From an uncultured cyanobacterium (GTDB taxonomy: Bacteria > Cyanobacteriota > Cyanobacteriia > CAKZMO01), in NCBI GenBank assembly GCA_963719515.1, contig CAVRCJ010000001.1, forward strand, positions 223,153-287,152: DNA of 64,000 nucleotides, in the 5' to 3' direction. Positions 41,081 to 50,790 of the stretch are shown here, in pieces (the first letter of the stretch is position 1; each line of letters begins with the position of its first letter). Position numbers and translations under genes: made by a program. The notes under the pieces are model-generated. The model made no database searches. It had not been told where the DNA came from and saw only the letters and a list, made by a program, of their open reading frames with translations.

Positions 41081-44000
41081 ATGACTGACCCGTCTGACCA
41101 GAGTATCCGCATTAACGAAAGCGCTGTGGGTAGCGCCATTGTGTCTGGCAGCGGCAACACCGTCTATGTCATCCATCAAGCGCAGGCGCGGCAGCAAGAC
41201 CCGGTGCAGTCTGATGGTGGTGCTGGGCGAGCGTCTACGCAAATTGGCCCTAACCCCTACAAAGGGCTATCCGCCTTTCAAGAGCAAGACGCCGATCGCT
41301 ACTTTGGCCGGGAGGCGCAGGTGGCGCGGCTCTGGCAGCGGTTTCGTGAGCTGTATGAACAAGCCAATCGAGAGGATGCGCCGCCGCGATTTTTGCCTAT
41401 TTTGGGGCCTTCGGGCTGCGGGAAGTCGTCTTTGGCGCGGGCGGGGCTGATACCGGAGCTGGCCCGGCAGGCGGGGCAGATCGCTAAGGAAACCCTGCGG
41501 GTGGCGGTGCTGGTGCCGGGAGAGTCGCCGCTGAAAGCCTTGGCCGGGGTGCTGGCGAGGCTGACGCAAGATGACCAGACGCCAGAGGTGATCAAGAAGC
41601 GCAGCTACGAAAAAGACCTACGAGAGTCTGCTGCTGAGGGACGGTATGACTTTTTGCAGGACGTTGCCGAAACGCTATCCGATATCCACGTGACGCCGCT
41701 GGTGGTGCTGGTGGACCAGTTTGAGGAAATCTACTCGCTATGTAAAGACGCCAGCGATCGCCATACCTTTATCGAAACGCTGCTGCAGGCGGCGAGCAGC
41801 GCCACGGGCTACGTCACCGTTGTCATTACCCTGCGCAGCGATTTTTTGGCCGAAACCCAGCGCCACCCGCAGCTGAACCAAATCATTGGCTCTGACCGCA
41901 GCGTGATTGTGCCTGCGATGTCGGAGGCGGAGCTGCGGCGGGCGATCGCCCAACCGGCGATTCAGGCGGGGCATCCGCTGGATGATGCCGTGGTGGATTT
42001 GTTGGTGAAGGATACGGAGGGGCGGGAGGGGGCGCTGCCGCTGCTGCAGTTTGCCCTGACGCGGATTTGGGAGGGGCTGGGAGACGGGAAGACGGCTGCG
42101 GAGACCTACCGGGAGATGGATGGGGTGGGCGGTGCCCTGGCGGGGAAGGCGCAGGAGATTTATGACCGGCTGCCGGAGGCGGAGCAGGCGATCGCCCGAC
42201 GGGTGTTTGTGGGACTGGTGCAGCTGGGGGAGGGGACGCGGGATACGCGGCGGCGGGCAGAGGTGGAAACGCTGATGACCAGTCGCGATAAGCCGGAGGC
42301 AGTGAAGCAGGTGATTGGTCAGTTTTCGTCGCCGGGGGCGCGGCTGGTGACGCTGTCGGGGGAGGAGGGCCAGGGCGTTGCTGAGGTGACCCATGAGGCG
42401 CTGTTTGACCATTGGCAATTGCTGAATGACTGGCTGGATGCTAACCGCGACGATATCCGCTTTCAGCGGCGACTGGAGGCAGCAGCGGGGTATTGGGAGA
42501 AGCAGGGAAGGCCGGATGGGCTGCTGTGGCGGCCTCCAGATTTGGATTTGCTGCGGGGTTTTGCGCAGAAGGCGCAGCTAGACATGACCCCGCTGGCGAC
42601 TGACTTCTATGAGGCGGCAGATGCGGCTGAGCGGCAAGAAAAGCGGCGGCGACGGTTGAACCTCTATGGGTTGAGGGCTGGCTTAGTTGTTATGACAGTC
42701 CTCACCAGCTTTGCTGGATTCAAAGTCAACCAGGCTGGGCGCAGGCAAATGCAATATTACGCTGAGAGGGCAGAGAATCTCGGCAGTTCTGACCCACTCC
42801 GTAGCCTTGTCAATGGCTTAGCCGCCATCCAGCTCAGTCGTTCAACCCTTCTTAAAGCCCCGTTTGTCTGGCAGTCTTCGCGTTTCACCTCAGCCATTCT
42901 AGATATACCCAACCGAACAAAGCGCTTTGGTTATGGAATGGGCCATTCATCTCGGGTTCGTTCAGTTGCCATCAGCACCGACGGCCAGACCATCGTCAGC
43001 GGTAGCGATGATGATACGGTGCGGCTGTGGGACCGGCAGGGCAACCCCATCGGCCAGCCCTTCAGCCATTCATCTCGGGTTAATTCAGTTGCCATCAGCA
43101 CCGATGGCCAGACCATCGTCAGCGGTAGCGTTGATGGGACGGTGCGGCTGTGGGACCGGCAGGGCAACCCCATCGGCCAGCCCTTCGAGGGCCATTCATC
43201 TTGGGTTAATTCAGTTGCCATCAGCACCGATGGACAGACCATCGTCAGCGGTAGCTTTGATAATACGGTGCGGCTATGGGATCGGCAGGGCAACCCCATC
43301 GGCCAGCCATTCGAGGGCCATTCATCTGAGGTTAATTCAGTTGCCATCAGCGCCGATGGCCAGACTATCGTCAGCGGTAGCCGTGATAGAACAGTGCGGC
43401 TGTGGGACCGGCAGGGCAACCCCATCGGCCAGCCCTTCGAGGGCCATTCATCTTCGGTTAATTCAGTTGCCATCAGCACCGATGGCCAGACCATCGTCAG
43501 CGGTAGCTCTGATAATACGGTGCGGCTGTGGGACCGGCAGGGCAACCCCATCGGCCAGCCTTTCAGGCATTTAGATTCGGTTTATTCAGTTGCCATCAGC
43601 AACGACGGCCAGACCATTGTCAGCGGTGGCCTTGATAGAACAGTGCGGTTGTGGGACCGGCAGGGTAACCCCATCGGCCAGCCTTTCGAGGGACATTCAT
43701 CTTTGGTTAATTCAGTTGCCATCAGCAATGACGGTCAGACCATTGTCAGTGGTAGCAGTGATGATACTGTGCGGCTGTGGAACCGGCAGGGTAACCCCAT
43801 CGACCGGCCTTTTGAAGGTCATTTAGATTCGGTTTTGTCAGTTGCCATCAGCAACGACGGTCAGACCGTCGTCAGCGGCAGCAGTGATAGAACGGTGCGG
43901 CTGTGGGACCGGCAGGGCAGCCCCATCGGTCAGCTGCTTGAGGGACATTCAGATTCAGTTAGTTCAGTTGCCATCAGCAACGACGGCCAGACCGTCGTCA

Positions 44001-44791
44001 GTGGTAGTGTGAATGGAACGGTACGGCTGTGGGACCGGCAGGGCAGCCCCATCGGCCAGCCTTTCAGCCATTCGGATTATGTTCATTCAGTTGCCATCAG
44101 CAACGACGGTCAGACTATCGTCAGCGGTAGCACTGACAGAACGGTACGGCTATGGGACCGGCAGGGCAATCCCATTAGCCAGCCTTTTGAAGGCCATTCA
44201 TCTTCGGTTTTGTCAGTCGCCATCAGCAACGACGGTCAGACTATCGTCAGCGGTAGCATTGATAATACGGTGCGGCTATGGGATCGGCAGGGTAGCCCCA
44301 TCGGCCAGCCTTTCAGTCATTCAGATTCGGTTTATTCAGTTGCCATCAGCAACGACGGTCGGACCATTGTCAGCGGTAGCTTTGATAGAACGGTACGGCT
44401 GTGGGACCGGCAGGGTAACCCCATCGGCCAGCCTTTTGAAGGCCATTTATCTCGGATTAGGTCAGTTGCCATCAGCACCGACGGCCAGACCATCGTCAGC
44501 GGTAGCATTGATAATACGGTGCGGCTGTGGGACCGGCAGGGTAACCCCATAGGCCAGCCGCTCAAGGGTCATTCATCTTCGGTTATGTCAGTCGCCATCA
44601 GCACCGACGGCCAGACCATTGTCAGCGGTAGCTTTGACAAGACGGTGCGGCTGTGGCCTATATGGCTATCAAGTGGCTGGATTCCCTACACCTGCGATCG
44701 CCTCAAAGGATACCTGTTAGTCGTTGGCCAAACCGACGATGACGCCGCCCGCGAAGCCCTCCGAGCCTGCCGCCGCTACGCCTGGAAATAG
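41081..44791 (+). CDS. NACHT-family STAND NTPase with 14 C-terminal WD40 repeats
   Basis: Walker A ILGPSGCGKSSLARAG, and Walker B LVVLVDQFEEIY. A long helical region is followed by 14 WD40 units of the GHSS.V.SVAIS.DGQTIVSGS.D.TVRLWDRQGNPIGQPF type. Confidence 0.85.
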   Translation: MTDPSDQSIRINESAVGSAIVSGSGNTVYVIHQAQARQQDPVQSDGGAGRASTQIGPNPYKGLSAFQEQDADRYFGREAQVARLWQRFRELYEQANREDAPPRFLPILGPSGCGKSSLARAGLIPELARQAGQIAKETLRVAVLVPGESPLKALAGVLARLTQDDQTPEVIKKRSYEKDLRESAAEGRYDFLQDVAETLSDIHVTPLVVLVDQFEEIYSLCKDASDRHTFIETLLQAASSATGYVTVVITLRSDFLAETQRHPQLNQIIGSDRSVIVPAMSEAELRRAIAQPAIQAGHPLDDAVVDLLVKDTEGREGALPLLQFALTRIWEGLGDGKTAAETYREMDGVGGALAGKAQEIYDRLPEAEQAIARRVFVGLVQLGEGTRDTRRRAEVETLMTSRDKPEAVKQVIGQFSSPGARLVTLSGEEGQGVAEVTHEALFDHWQLLNDWLDANRDDIRFQRRLEAAAGYWEKQGRPDGLLWRPPDLDLLRGFAQKAQLDMTPLATDFYEAADAAERQEKRRRRLNLYGLRAGLVVMTVLTSFAGFKVNQAGRRQMQYYAERAENLGSSDPLRSLVNGLAAIQLSRSTLLKAPFVWQSSRFTSAILDIPNRTKRFGYGMGHSSRVRSVAISTDGQTIVSGSDDDTVRLWDRQGNPIGQPFSHSSRVNSVAISTDGQTIVSGSVDGTVRLWDRQGNPIGQPFEGHSSWVNSVAISTDGQTIVSGSFDNTVRLWDRQGNPIGQPFEGHSSEVNSVAISADGQTIVSGSRDRTVRLWDRQGNPIGQPFEGHSSSVNSVAISTDGQTIVSGSSDNTVRLWDRQGNPIGQPFRHLDSVYSVAISNDGQTIVSGGLDRTVRLWDRQGNPIGQPFEGHSSLVNSVAISNDGQTIVSGSSDDTVRLWNRQGNPIDRPFEGHLDSVLSVAISNDGQTVVSGSSDRTVRLWDRQGSPIGQLLEGHSDSVSSVAISNDGQTVVSGSVNGTVRLWDRQGSPIGQPFSHSDYVHSVAISNDGQTIVSGSTDRTVRLWDRQGNPISQPFEGHSSSVLSVAISNDGQTIVSGSIDNTVRLWDRQGSPIGQPFSHSDSVYSVAISNDGRTIVSGSFDRTVRLWDRQGNPIGQPFEGHLSRIRSVAISTDGQTIVSGSIDNTVRLWDRQGNPIGQPLKGHSSSVMSVAISTDGQTIVSGSFDKTVRLWPIWLSSGWIPYTCDRLKGYLLVVGQTDDDAAREALRACRRYAWK
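42927..44650. repeat. 14 tandem 120-bp repeats (WD40-coding) with very high nucleotide identity
   Basis: Each repeat recurs almost base for base, and differences cluster at 4-5 codon positions per unit. Confidence 0.8.
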
Positions 44792-45125
44792 CGATGCGCC
44801 GATATGGGCAAACTGGCGATCGCGGCAACTACTTAATAAGAACACAGGACAGAATCAATCTCGCCTAACCCAAACGGTAAGCGCCTTGCGCCAAGGGCGA
44901 TCGCGATCGCTAAAATCTAAAGAAAGGTAAGGCCAAGCTTGCAGGCAAAATCAGTGCATTCCAGGGTCTAGACCCCATCGCTTGGCAGCAGCAAATTAGA
45001 GGTGAATGGGATGACACCAGACTATCTGATTGATACCAACATCCTAATTTTGCTGTTCAACAACCAGCTCACCGAACCAATCCCCGCCGGAGAGCTAGCC
45101 TACTCAATCATTTCTCCCCGCTCCT

Positions 45126-45701
45126 ATGGTTGCCACCCAAAACTCTCCCCAGCTCACCCCCAACGAATACCTCGCCTGGGAACCCCAACAGTCTCAAAAC
45201 TACGAATACATCGACGGCCAAGTCTACGCCATGGGCGGCGGTAGCGTTAACCACAGCCGCATCGCCGTCCGCCTCACCGCCCTCCTCGACAACCATCTAG
45301 CAACCACCGACTGCATCACCGGCAACTCAGACCTGAAAGTCAACATCGCCGAAACAGACAACTACACCTACCCCGACCTCAGCGTCACCTGCGACAAGCG
45401 AGACCAGGCCACTACGCAATACATCACCTATCCCTGCCTAATCATCGAAGTGCTCTCAGAGAGCACCGAAGCCTATGACCGAGGTGGAAAGTTCCGCCTC
45501 TACCGCAAAAATCCGGTTCTGCAAGATTATCTCTTGGTTAGCTCCACCCGCATCGAAATCGACCTTTATCATCAAAACGAAGCAGGCCAGTGGATTATCC
45601 TCAACTACCAGCCTGGCGACACTGTCGAACTCAAAAGTATCCAGCTCAGCTTCCCTATTGAGCAAATTTATCGTGATCTCGCCCTTGCCACAGATAAATG
45701 A
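45126..45701 (+). CDS. Uma2-family (DUF820) restriction-endonuclease-like protein
   Basis: ..NYEYIDGQVYAMGGGSVNHSRI.., ...YPDLSV.., ...LIIEVLSESTEAYDRGGKFRLY... matches the PD-(D/E)xK-like Uma2 pattern. Confidence 0.75.
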   Translation: MVATQNSPQLTPNEYLAWEPQQSQNYEYIDGQVYAMGGGSVNHSRIAVRLTALLDNHLATTDCITGNSDLKVNIAETDNYTYPDLSVTCDKRDQATTQYITYPCLIIEVLSESTEAYDRGGKFRLYRKNPVLQDYLLVSSTRIEIDLYHQNEAGQWIILNYQPGDTVELKSIQLSFPIEQIYRDLALATDK

Positions 45702-46040
45702 TACCGCTGGCGAAATATTTTGTAATCGAGTTGCACGCTTTCGAGGCCCCCTAACCCCCAATTCTGGGGGAACCGGAGCAGTGGCCATACTATTCGCGGC
45801 TATTGCCTTTAAGGAGTTCTAACCTCTCTGAAGTCCTCTCAATTGGGGGATTGAGGGGGCCTTCTCCGGGGCAGGAAATAGCCGAGATGTAACAAGACAT
45901 GAAATTCGCCAGCGGTATCAATAAATGATAGAAGAGGCTGCTTTACAAGTCTCCCTGTAGAATAGTGAAGCTTTTCAAACGCCCTCTAAGCGAATCTTGC
46001 CGAACTGAAGCGATTTTCGCCATCTTACTGGCTGAAGCAA

Positions 46041-47315
46041 ATGCAAAAGATCGTCATTGTCGGCGCTGGCCCAGCGGGACTCTTGCTCGCCCACTATCTT
46101 CTAGCGCGGGGCCGCTACCACATCGAGCTCTACGATCGCCGCCCCGATCCCAGGCAGGTCGACTTATCCAGCCAGCGCACCTACCCAATCTCGCTGCAGC
46201 TACGCGGCATGACGGCGATTCGCGCCATCCCTGGGCTAGAAGACCGGCTTACCGAGCGCGGCGTTTGGTCCCAGGGCTCACTGATGCACCGCAAATCCGG
46301 CGCGCCGCGAAAGATAAACCGCAAGACGCCGCTGCTGCTGATCGACCGCAACCAGCTGGTCTTGGCCTTGCTGCGATCGCTACTAGAAACTTACGACGAC
46401 GGCAGCGTAGCCATTCGGTTCGACTGTCCCTGCACCGCCGTCGACCTCAAGGCCCAGAGCGTCACCTTCCAGCCAGCAGGCCCTCCCGTCACGACCCGTT
46501 TCGATCGCCTCGTCGGGGCAGATGGGGTGCGATCGCAGGTGCGCGACGCGCTGGTAGCGGCGGGCAAACTGCAGTGCGAGCAGGCGCTAATCCCCGACGC
46601 CTACCGCTCCCTGTTTGTCCGTAGGACCAGTTCTGATAAAGCTTTGGCGGAAGACCGGGTTCACGCCTGGTTCATGGGGCAGGACACCCGGACGGTGATG
46701 GCCCCTCAGCTCGACGGCTGGCTGCACGGAACCTTTGTCTTTCCCCGCGATCGCGATCCTTTGGCATCTTTCGAGACCGCAGAGGCGGTCCTTGCCTACT
46801 TTCAAGCGGCCTGCCCCAGCCTAGGACAGCTGATGACCCTTGAGGAGGCCGACGCTCTTCGGCAGCGGCCCGCGTCAACCATCACGACGGTGCGCTGCGA
46901 TCGCATGCATGTGGGCGATCGCGCGCTGCTCATTGGCGACGCGGTCCACGCCGTTTCTCCTGCCATTGGACAGGGCTGCAACGCCTCGCTACAGGACGCC
47001 ATGGTGTTCGCACAGATGCTAGAGCGCTACGACGACGATTGGCGTCAGGCGCTACCGGCGTTTACCGCCCAGCGACTGCCTGATGTTCATGCGCTGCGGG
47101 AGCTGTCGGACTACAGCTTCCCTCGCTCGGCTCGCCTCAGGGTGGAGTTCATTTTGCGCCTCACGTTGGGAAAGCTGCTGCGCCGACGGCTCCCGCAGTT
47201 TGCTAAGCCGTGGCTGAAGCCGTTGCCCATGGAGCTAGTCATGGACAGCGACCTTTCTTACGCTACGGTTCTTGGGCGAACCCAGGGCTGGATTGAGCGG
47301 GTGAAGCGGGCTTAG
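46041..47315 (+). CDS. FAD-dependent monooxygenase (UbiH/KMO-like)
   Basis: N-terminal MQKIVIVGAGPAGLLLAHYL (GxGxxG) and C-terminal DRALLIGDAVHAVSPAIGQGCNASLQDA. Confidence 0.8.
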   Translation: MQKIVIVGAGPAGLLLAHYLLARGRYHIELYDRRPDPRQVDLSSQRTYPISLQLRGMTAIRAIPGLEDRLTERGVWSQGSLMHRKSGAPRKINRKTPLLLIDRNQLVLALLRSLLETYDDGSVAIRFDCPCTAVDLKAQSVTFQPAGPPVTTRFDRLVGADGVRSQVRDALVAAGKLQCEQALIPDAYRSLFVRRTSSDKALAEDRVHAWFMGQDTRTVMAPQLDGWLHGTFVFPRDRDPLASFETAEAVLAYFQAACPSLGQLMTLEEADALRQRPASTITTVRCDRMHVGDRALLIGDAVHAVSPAIGQGCNASLQDAMVFAQMLERYDDDWRQALPAFTAQRLPDVHALRELSDYSFPRSARLRVEFILRLTLGKLLRRRLPQFAKPWLKPLPMELVMDSDLSYATVLGRTQGWIERVKRA

Positions 47316-47422
47316 GCGAGGGGGGATGTGACCGACCATGGGTTGGCTACAGCTCGGGTCGCGTGAGCGTTACCGGGCCGCATGAAGTGATTGTGGTTTG
47401 CAGTGGCGGTCAGGTGGATTCT

Positions 47423-47680
47423 CTAGGCACGATGGATTTGGGATTTCCGCTGGGTTTGGATTCGGAACGCTCTGAATCTCGATGATGAATCGGTATCAAC
47501 TCGTAGAATGTATTCCGCTAGGGGTGGCTTGAGGTGAGATGCCTCGGTAGCGAGCTCCTGTTCTAGCTGTGGGGGCAAATCCAAAGTGATGTTCACGGCC
47601 ATGCTCTCCTGCGACAGCTCTATTCTATTACTGCGCAAATTTCTGCGGGCTGACCTATGCAGAAGGAGGCTACCGCACAA
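47423..47680 (-). CDS. small hypothetical protein (possible ribbon-helix-helix-like, weak)
   Basis: A likely internal start gives MAVNITLDLPPQLEQELATEASHL. It overlaps the attC-like site at 47675. Confidence 0.25.
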   Translation of the reverse strand: MCGSLLLHRSARRNLRSNRIELSQESMAVNITLDLPPQLEQELATEASHLKPPLAEYILRVDTDSSSRFRAFRIQTQRKSQIHRA

Positions 47681-47760
47681 CGGTGAAGTGCAGCGGCGGC
47701 AGGCAAGCTTGAACGCTCACCGATAACCTCTGTACCGTCCGCACCAACGAAGTGTTAGGT
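47675..47760. repeat. attC-like imperfect palindrome (GCACAACggtgaagtgcaGCGGCGG ... CCGTCCGCaccaacgaagtGTTAGGT)
   Basis: Clear sequence similarity to site at 50549 (CTAACgttgaagctgaGCGGCGG ... CCGTCCGCTC..GTTAGGC). Confidence 0.5.
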
Positions 47761-47765
47761 GGCTG

Positions 47766-48119
47766 CTATTGATCTCGGTAACTTTTCGCATAATACAGAC
47801 AACCAATAAGACTACTTGCTCCTTCTGCAGCTGCTAAACACTCATAGCCTGTTTCATCCTGCGTAAAGTGTAGTTCAACTTTATTGACAAAGGTTCGCAA
47901 ACCAAGCAGAGCTTCTTCAATCTTTTCTTTAGTAATACTCAATAATGGTTCTGGATGATCTTGAAAACAAGTTTTTAGATCTGTATGAGCAACCCGACGG
48001 TTCCTATGCTTTCTTGCAAAGTCGCAGCTATTCTTTATGATCTCTAGCGTTTCTACCAACTCTGCTTTCAGTTGAACCAATGATATAGCAATCCTGTTTG
48101 ATTTATGGAAAGGAGCCAT
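47766..48119 (-). CDS. hypothetical protein (117 aa), 5' end abuts/overlaps the IS630 element
   Basis: The ORF-track frame 47766-48293 runs into the IS630 transposase gene in another frame. An internal ATG at 48119 gives MAPFHKSNRIAISLVQLKAE... Confidence 0.3.
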   Translation of the reverse strand: MAPFHKSNRIAISLVQLKAELVETLEIIKNSCDFARKHRNRRVAHTDLKTCFQDHPEPLLSITKEKIEEALLGLRTFVNKVELHFTQDETGYECLAAAEGASSLIGCLYYAKSYRDQ

Positions 48120-49160
48120 ACCTGTGCAGTTTGGGGAAATCGAAAGTATCCAACCTGAAGAACTGCTCAAACAGGGCTTTGAGTGCCGGAAACGATGGAC
48201 ACAACCCAGACATCCGCCTAAGCCAGGTCTTGCCTTGAAGCCAAGCATCTTCAATCGGGTTCTGAGTCGGGTCATTGGGGGCAAAACGAACACAGTGAAT
48301 CTTCCATTCTTCTTGCGTAAGCCCCTCGTTCACCTGGGCTAGATACTCCTTAAGCTCGCCAGAGCGATGATAGCTGGCCCCATCCCAAAGAATGAGTAAC
48401 CGCTGGTGGGGAAACTGAGCTTGTAAAGACTTCAGGTAAGCAATGGTACAAGCGGTGTTGCCCTTCTCATGCGCTTCGATAAATAACCGCTTGCTCACTA
48501 GGTCCACTGCCCCGTAGTAGGTTTGGCGCTCTCGCTCATTGACAACCGGCACTACCACCCGCTCATCAGTTCGCCCCCAAACATATCCTTGTAGGTCACC
48601 GCTCAGAAGGTGACACTCATCAAAGAACAGCACCCTCAGCTGCCCTTTGGCAATCGCCTCGCGGTAGAGCGCCAGCAGAGCGCAGATTTCGGCTTTTTTG
48701 CTGCCACCGCCTTAGCGTCCGCCTTGGGGTTGACCTTGCCGCTCTTCTTCCAGCTGATGCCAGCAGCCTCAAACAGGTCGTAGTAGCTTTGCTTCGACTC
48801 GTAGGCCACATCGTACACCTCAGCCAAGTGGTGCTCCAATTCGCTCAACTCCCAAATCGCCTTTTGCTGTAACCAGCTCAGCACCGCTGCCTTCTGCTGG
48901 GTCTCTAGATAGCTTTTTCGGCCCTTGTGCTGGGGCTTAAAGCCAGCTACGCCCCAGCTTTCGTAAGCTTGTTTCCAGTTGCTCACGGCTCCCATCGATA
49001 CATCGAGTATCCCGACGATCGCCTCATACCTATAGCCTTGGTAGAACAGCTTCACCGCTAGTGCCTTTTTCACTTGCCTGCCATCTCGTTGTTGACGGAT
49101 GAAGGCTTTGAGCTCCTCCACTGCAGCAGTTTTATTAGGTTTAGCGGGTGTCGTTAGCAT
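48103..49160 (-). mobile_element. IS630-family transposase (two ORFs joined by a putative -1 frameshift at A_AAA_AAG)
   Basis: N-terminal HTH ORF 48636-49160, and C-terminal DDE ORF 48103-48633 (FFDECHLL, LILWDGASYH, NDPTQNPIEDAW). The slippery heptamer aaaaaag at ~48690 puts ..AAKK/AEICALLALYREAIAKGQLRVLFFDECH in frame. Confidence 0.7.
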
Positions 49161-49310
49161 TGCTCAGGGCCTCTCAGTATCAGCGCTTTAGTCTCCTCCG
49201 TAATTATACTGGCCCTACTTCACGAATCACCTCGGATTGCTATAGGTCAACACTATCTAGTATTCTCGCTAAGGTTAAATTTTCTTTGTTGCCAGCTTTT
49301 GAAGAATCAG

Positions 49311-49541
49311 TTAAACGGCTAATTGACAAATTGACAAGATGATGTCATTCAAGAATACAGACTGACAAATACCAAAAAAAGTGGGGGCAGACTCATTTAG
49401 CAAATCAACTATTTCTTCATCTTCATATAATTGAGAAAACAAGAGCCATTTTAGATGTAGTTCTCCAAGCTCTTCCGAAATAGCTTGAAGCAATTCGTCT
49501 ATTTTCTGTGTCATTTTCTCAGCCTTTCGTCTTAAGATCAT
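49311..49541 (-). CDS. small hypothetical protein coupled (ATGA overlap) to the T5orf172-domain gene
   Basis: 76 aa, AT-rich, no motif. Confidence 0.35.
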   Translation of the reverse strand: MILRRKAEKMTQKIDELLQAISEELGELHLKWLLFSQLYEDEEIVDLLNESAPTFFGICQSVFLNDIILSICQLAV

Positions 49542-50395
49542 AGACCCATTTGTCGAATGTAATTTTGATCAGGATAAACATCTGGCTGTCCCATCCTTAC
49601 AACTCTATAAAATGCTTCATGAACTATTGCTGGAGGTTTATCATCAAAGCAATCACCAAAAGGAATTGGAAATCCATCAGGGTGTATTTCAATATCTTCC
49701 ATGAAGCCAATCATTTTGCCATACTGCCAACAATCAATGATACTAATTATTGAGAGTTCAGGCTCAAAGAGAGATAGTTGTTCGGAGCTAGATGTAAGCT
49801 TTGGTGAACCAATGATAACAACTCTATCGCCAGGATATGTGATTGTGACTTCACTGAGAGAGCCTGGAATGCAAGAATCATTTGCTAACTTAATTAAGCT
49901 TGAAGGATCATCTTCAGATCTAGTCGTAAGTAGTATATGATCTCGAGCCTTGCAACCCCAAAAATTAATAGGTTTAGGTTTATCAGCCAACCAATTTTCA
50001 TATCTAAACAGGAGAATAATTCCTTTTGAATAGCAAGTCCATCGGAATGTAGTGTTTACATCCAACCTATGAATTCCTGCATGAATTGAGGTTGCGCTTT
50101 TGTCAAATTCTTCATAGACAACTTCTTCGACAGCCGATATTGCTTCTTGCAGAGGTATCACAAAAAATTCTCGATTAGCCTTATATCGATACTTCTTTAA
50201 TTTTTGATGAATTAATTTTTCAGCTAAAACACAATCAGGGACATCTCTTTCGTAACAAATGCTAAATTGTTCAGGCAATCCTGTTGTAAACAACTCTTTT
50301 ACCCTTTCCCGCACATTCCGCTCTGTTCTCCCGATCTTAAGCATGTTCTCAGGTAGTACAGAATTTTGCAGAATGTAAACAGAACCCGCAGACAT
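49538..50395 (-). CDS. T5orf172 / GIY-YIG-like nuclease domain protein with unknown ~180 aa C-terminal domain
   Basis: N-terminal GSVYILQNSVLPENMLKIGRTERNVRERVKEL matches the T5orf172 pattern (YIL.N...KIG.T.R....R..EL). Confidence 0.55.
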   Translation of the reverse strand: MSAGSVYILQNSVLPENMLKIGRTERNVRERVKELFTTGLPEQFSICYERDVPDCVLAEKLIHQKLKKYRYKANREFFVIPLQEAISAVEEVVYEEFDKSATSIHAGIHRLDVNTTFRWTCYSKGIILLFRYENWLADKPKPINFWGCKARDHILLTTRSEDDPSSLIKLANDSCIPGSLSEVTITYPGDRVVIIGSPKLTSSSEQLSLFEPELSIISIIDCWQYGKMIGFMEDIEIHPDGFPIPFGDCFDDKPPAIVHEAFYRVVRMGQPDVYPDQNYIRQMGL

Positions 50396-50548
50396 TGAAT
50401 GCAGCCTCTTTTATGAACTGTGCTGGAGAACTCAGAGATACATCAATATATTTCCCAATTGAACGGATTCAGGAACAAGTCTTCAAATTATTCAACGTTT
50501 AAAGCTTACAGACAAGTTTCAAGGATGCCCTTGCCGAGGATTGAAGCC

Positions 50549-50633
50549 ACCTAACGTTGAAGCTGAGCGGCGGCCAATATTTTTGCACCGAGCCTGGATT
50601 GTAGATTCCGTCCGCTCCTGCATGAGGTTAGGC
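50549..50633. repeat. attC-like imperfect palindrome (ACCTAACgttgaagctGAGCGGCGG ... CCGTCCGCTCctgcatgagGTTAGGC)
   Basis: Outer cores are reverse complements fitting RYYYAAC / GTTRRRY. It lies downstream of the dynamin-like GTPase gene. Confidence 0.5.
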
Positions 50634-50790
50634 TGCCGAATTGGATATGTTGTCGGTGTCCGCATCAGGGACTATGTTAGGCTAAAAACACTTGCTTCAA
50701 GAACTCATAAGCATGTTGCGTTCTCAAAAATCTATCGATGCGGTAGTAAGAGCTACTGTAGGGAACGCAACCTACAAGATTGGCAGGCGC

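Noticed and set aside
41738-42418. 226-aa reverse ORF inside the NACHT domain region
   Set aside because: It is antisense to the NACHT-WD40 gene, and its Pro/Arg/Leu-rich translation has no motifs.
42927-44565. ORFs on both strands (42927-43574 +, 42931-43551 -, 44013-44552 +, 44332-44565 -) inside the WD40 repeat region
   Set aside because: These are alternative-frame and antisense artefacts of the 120-bp tandem repeats. They have low-complexity Pro/Ser/Ala-rich translations and are fully contained in the NACHT-WD40 gene.
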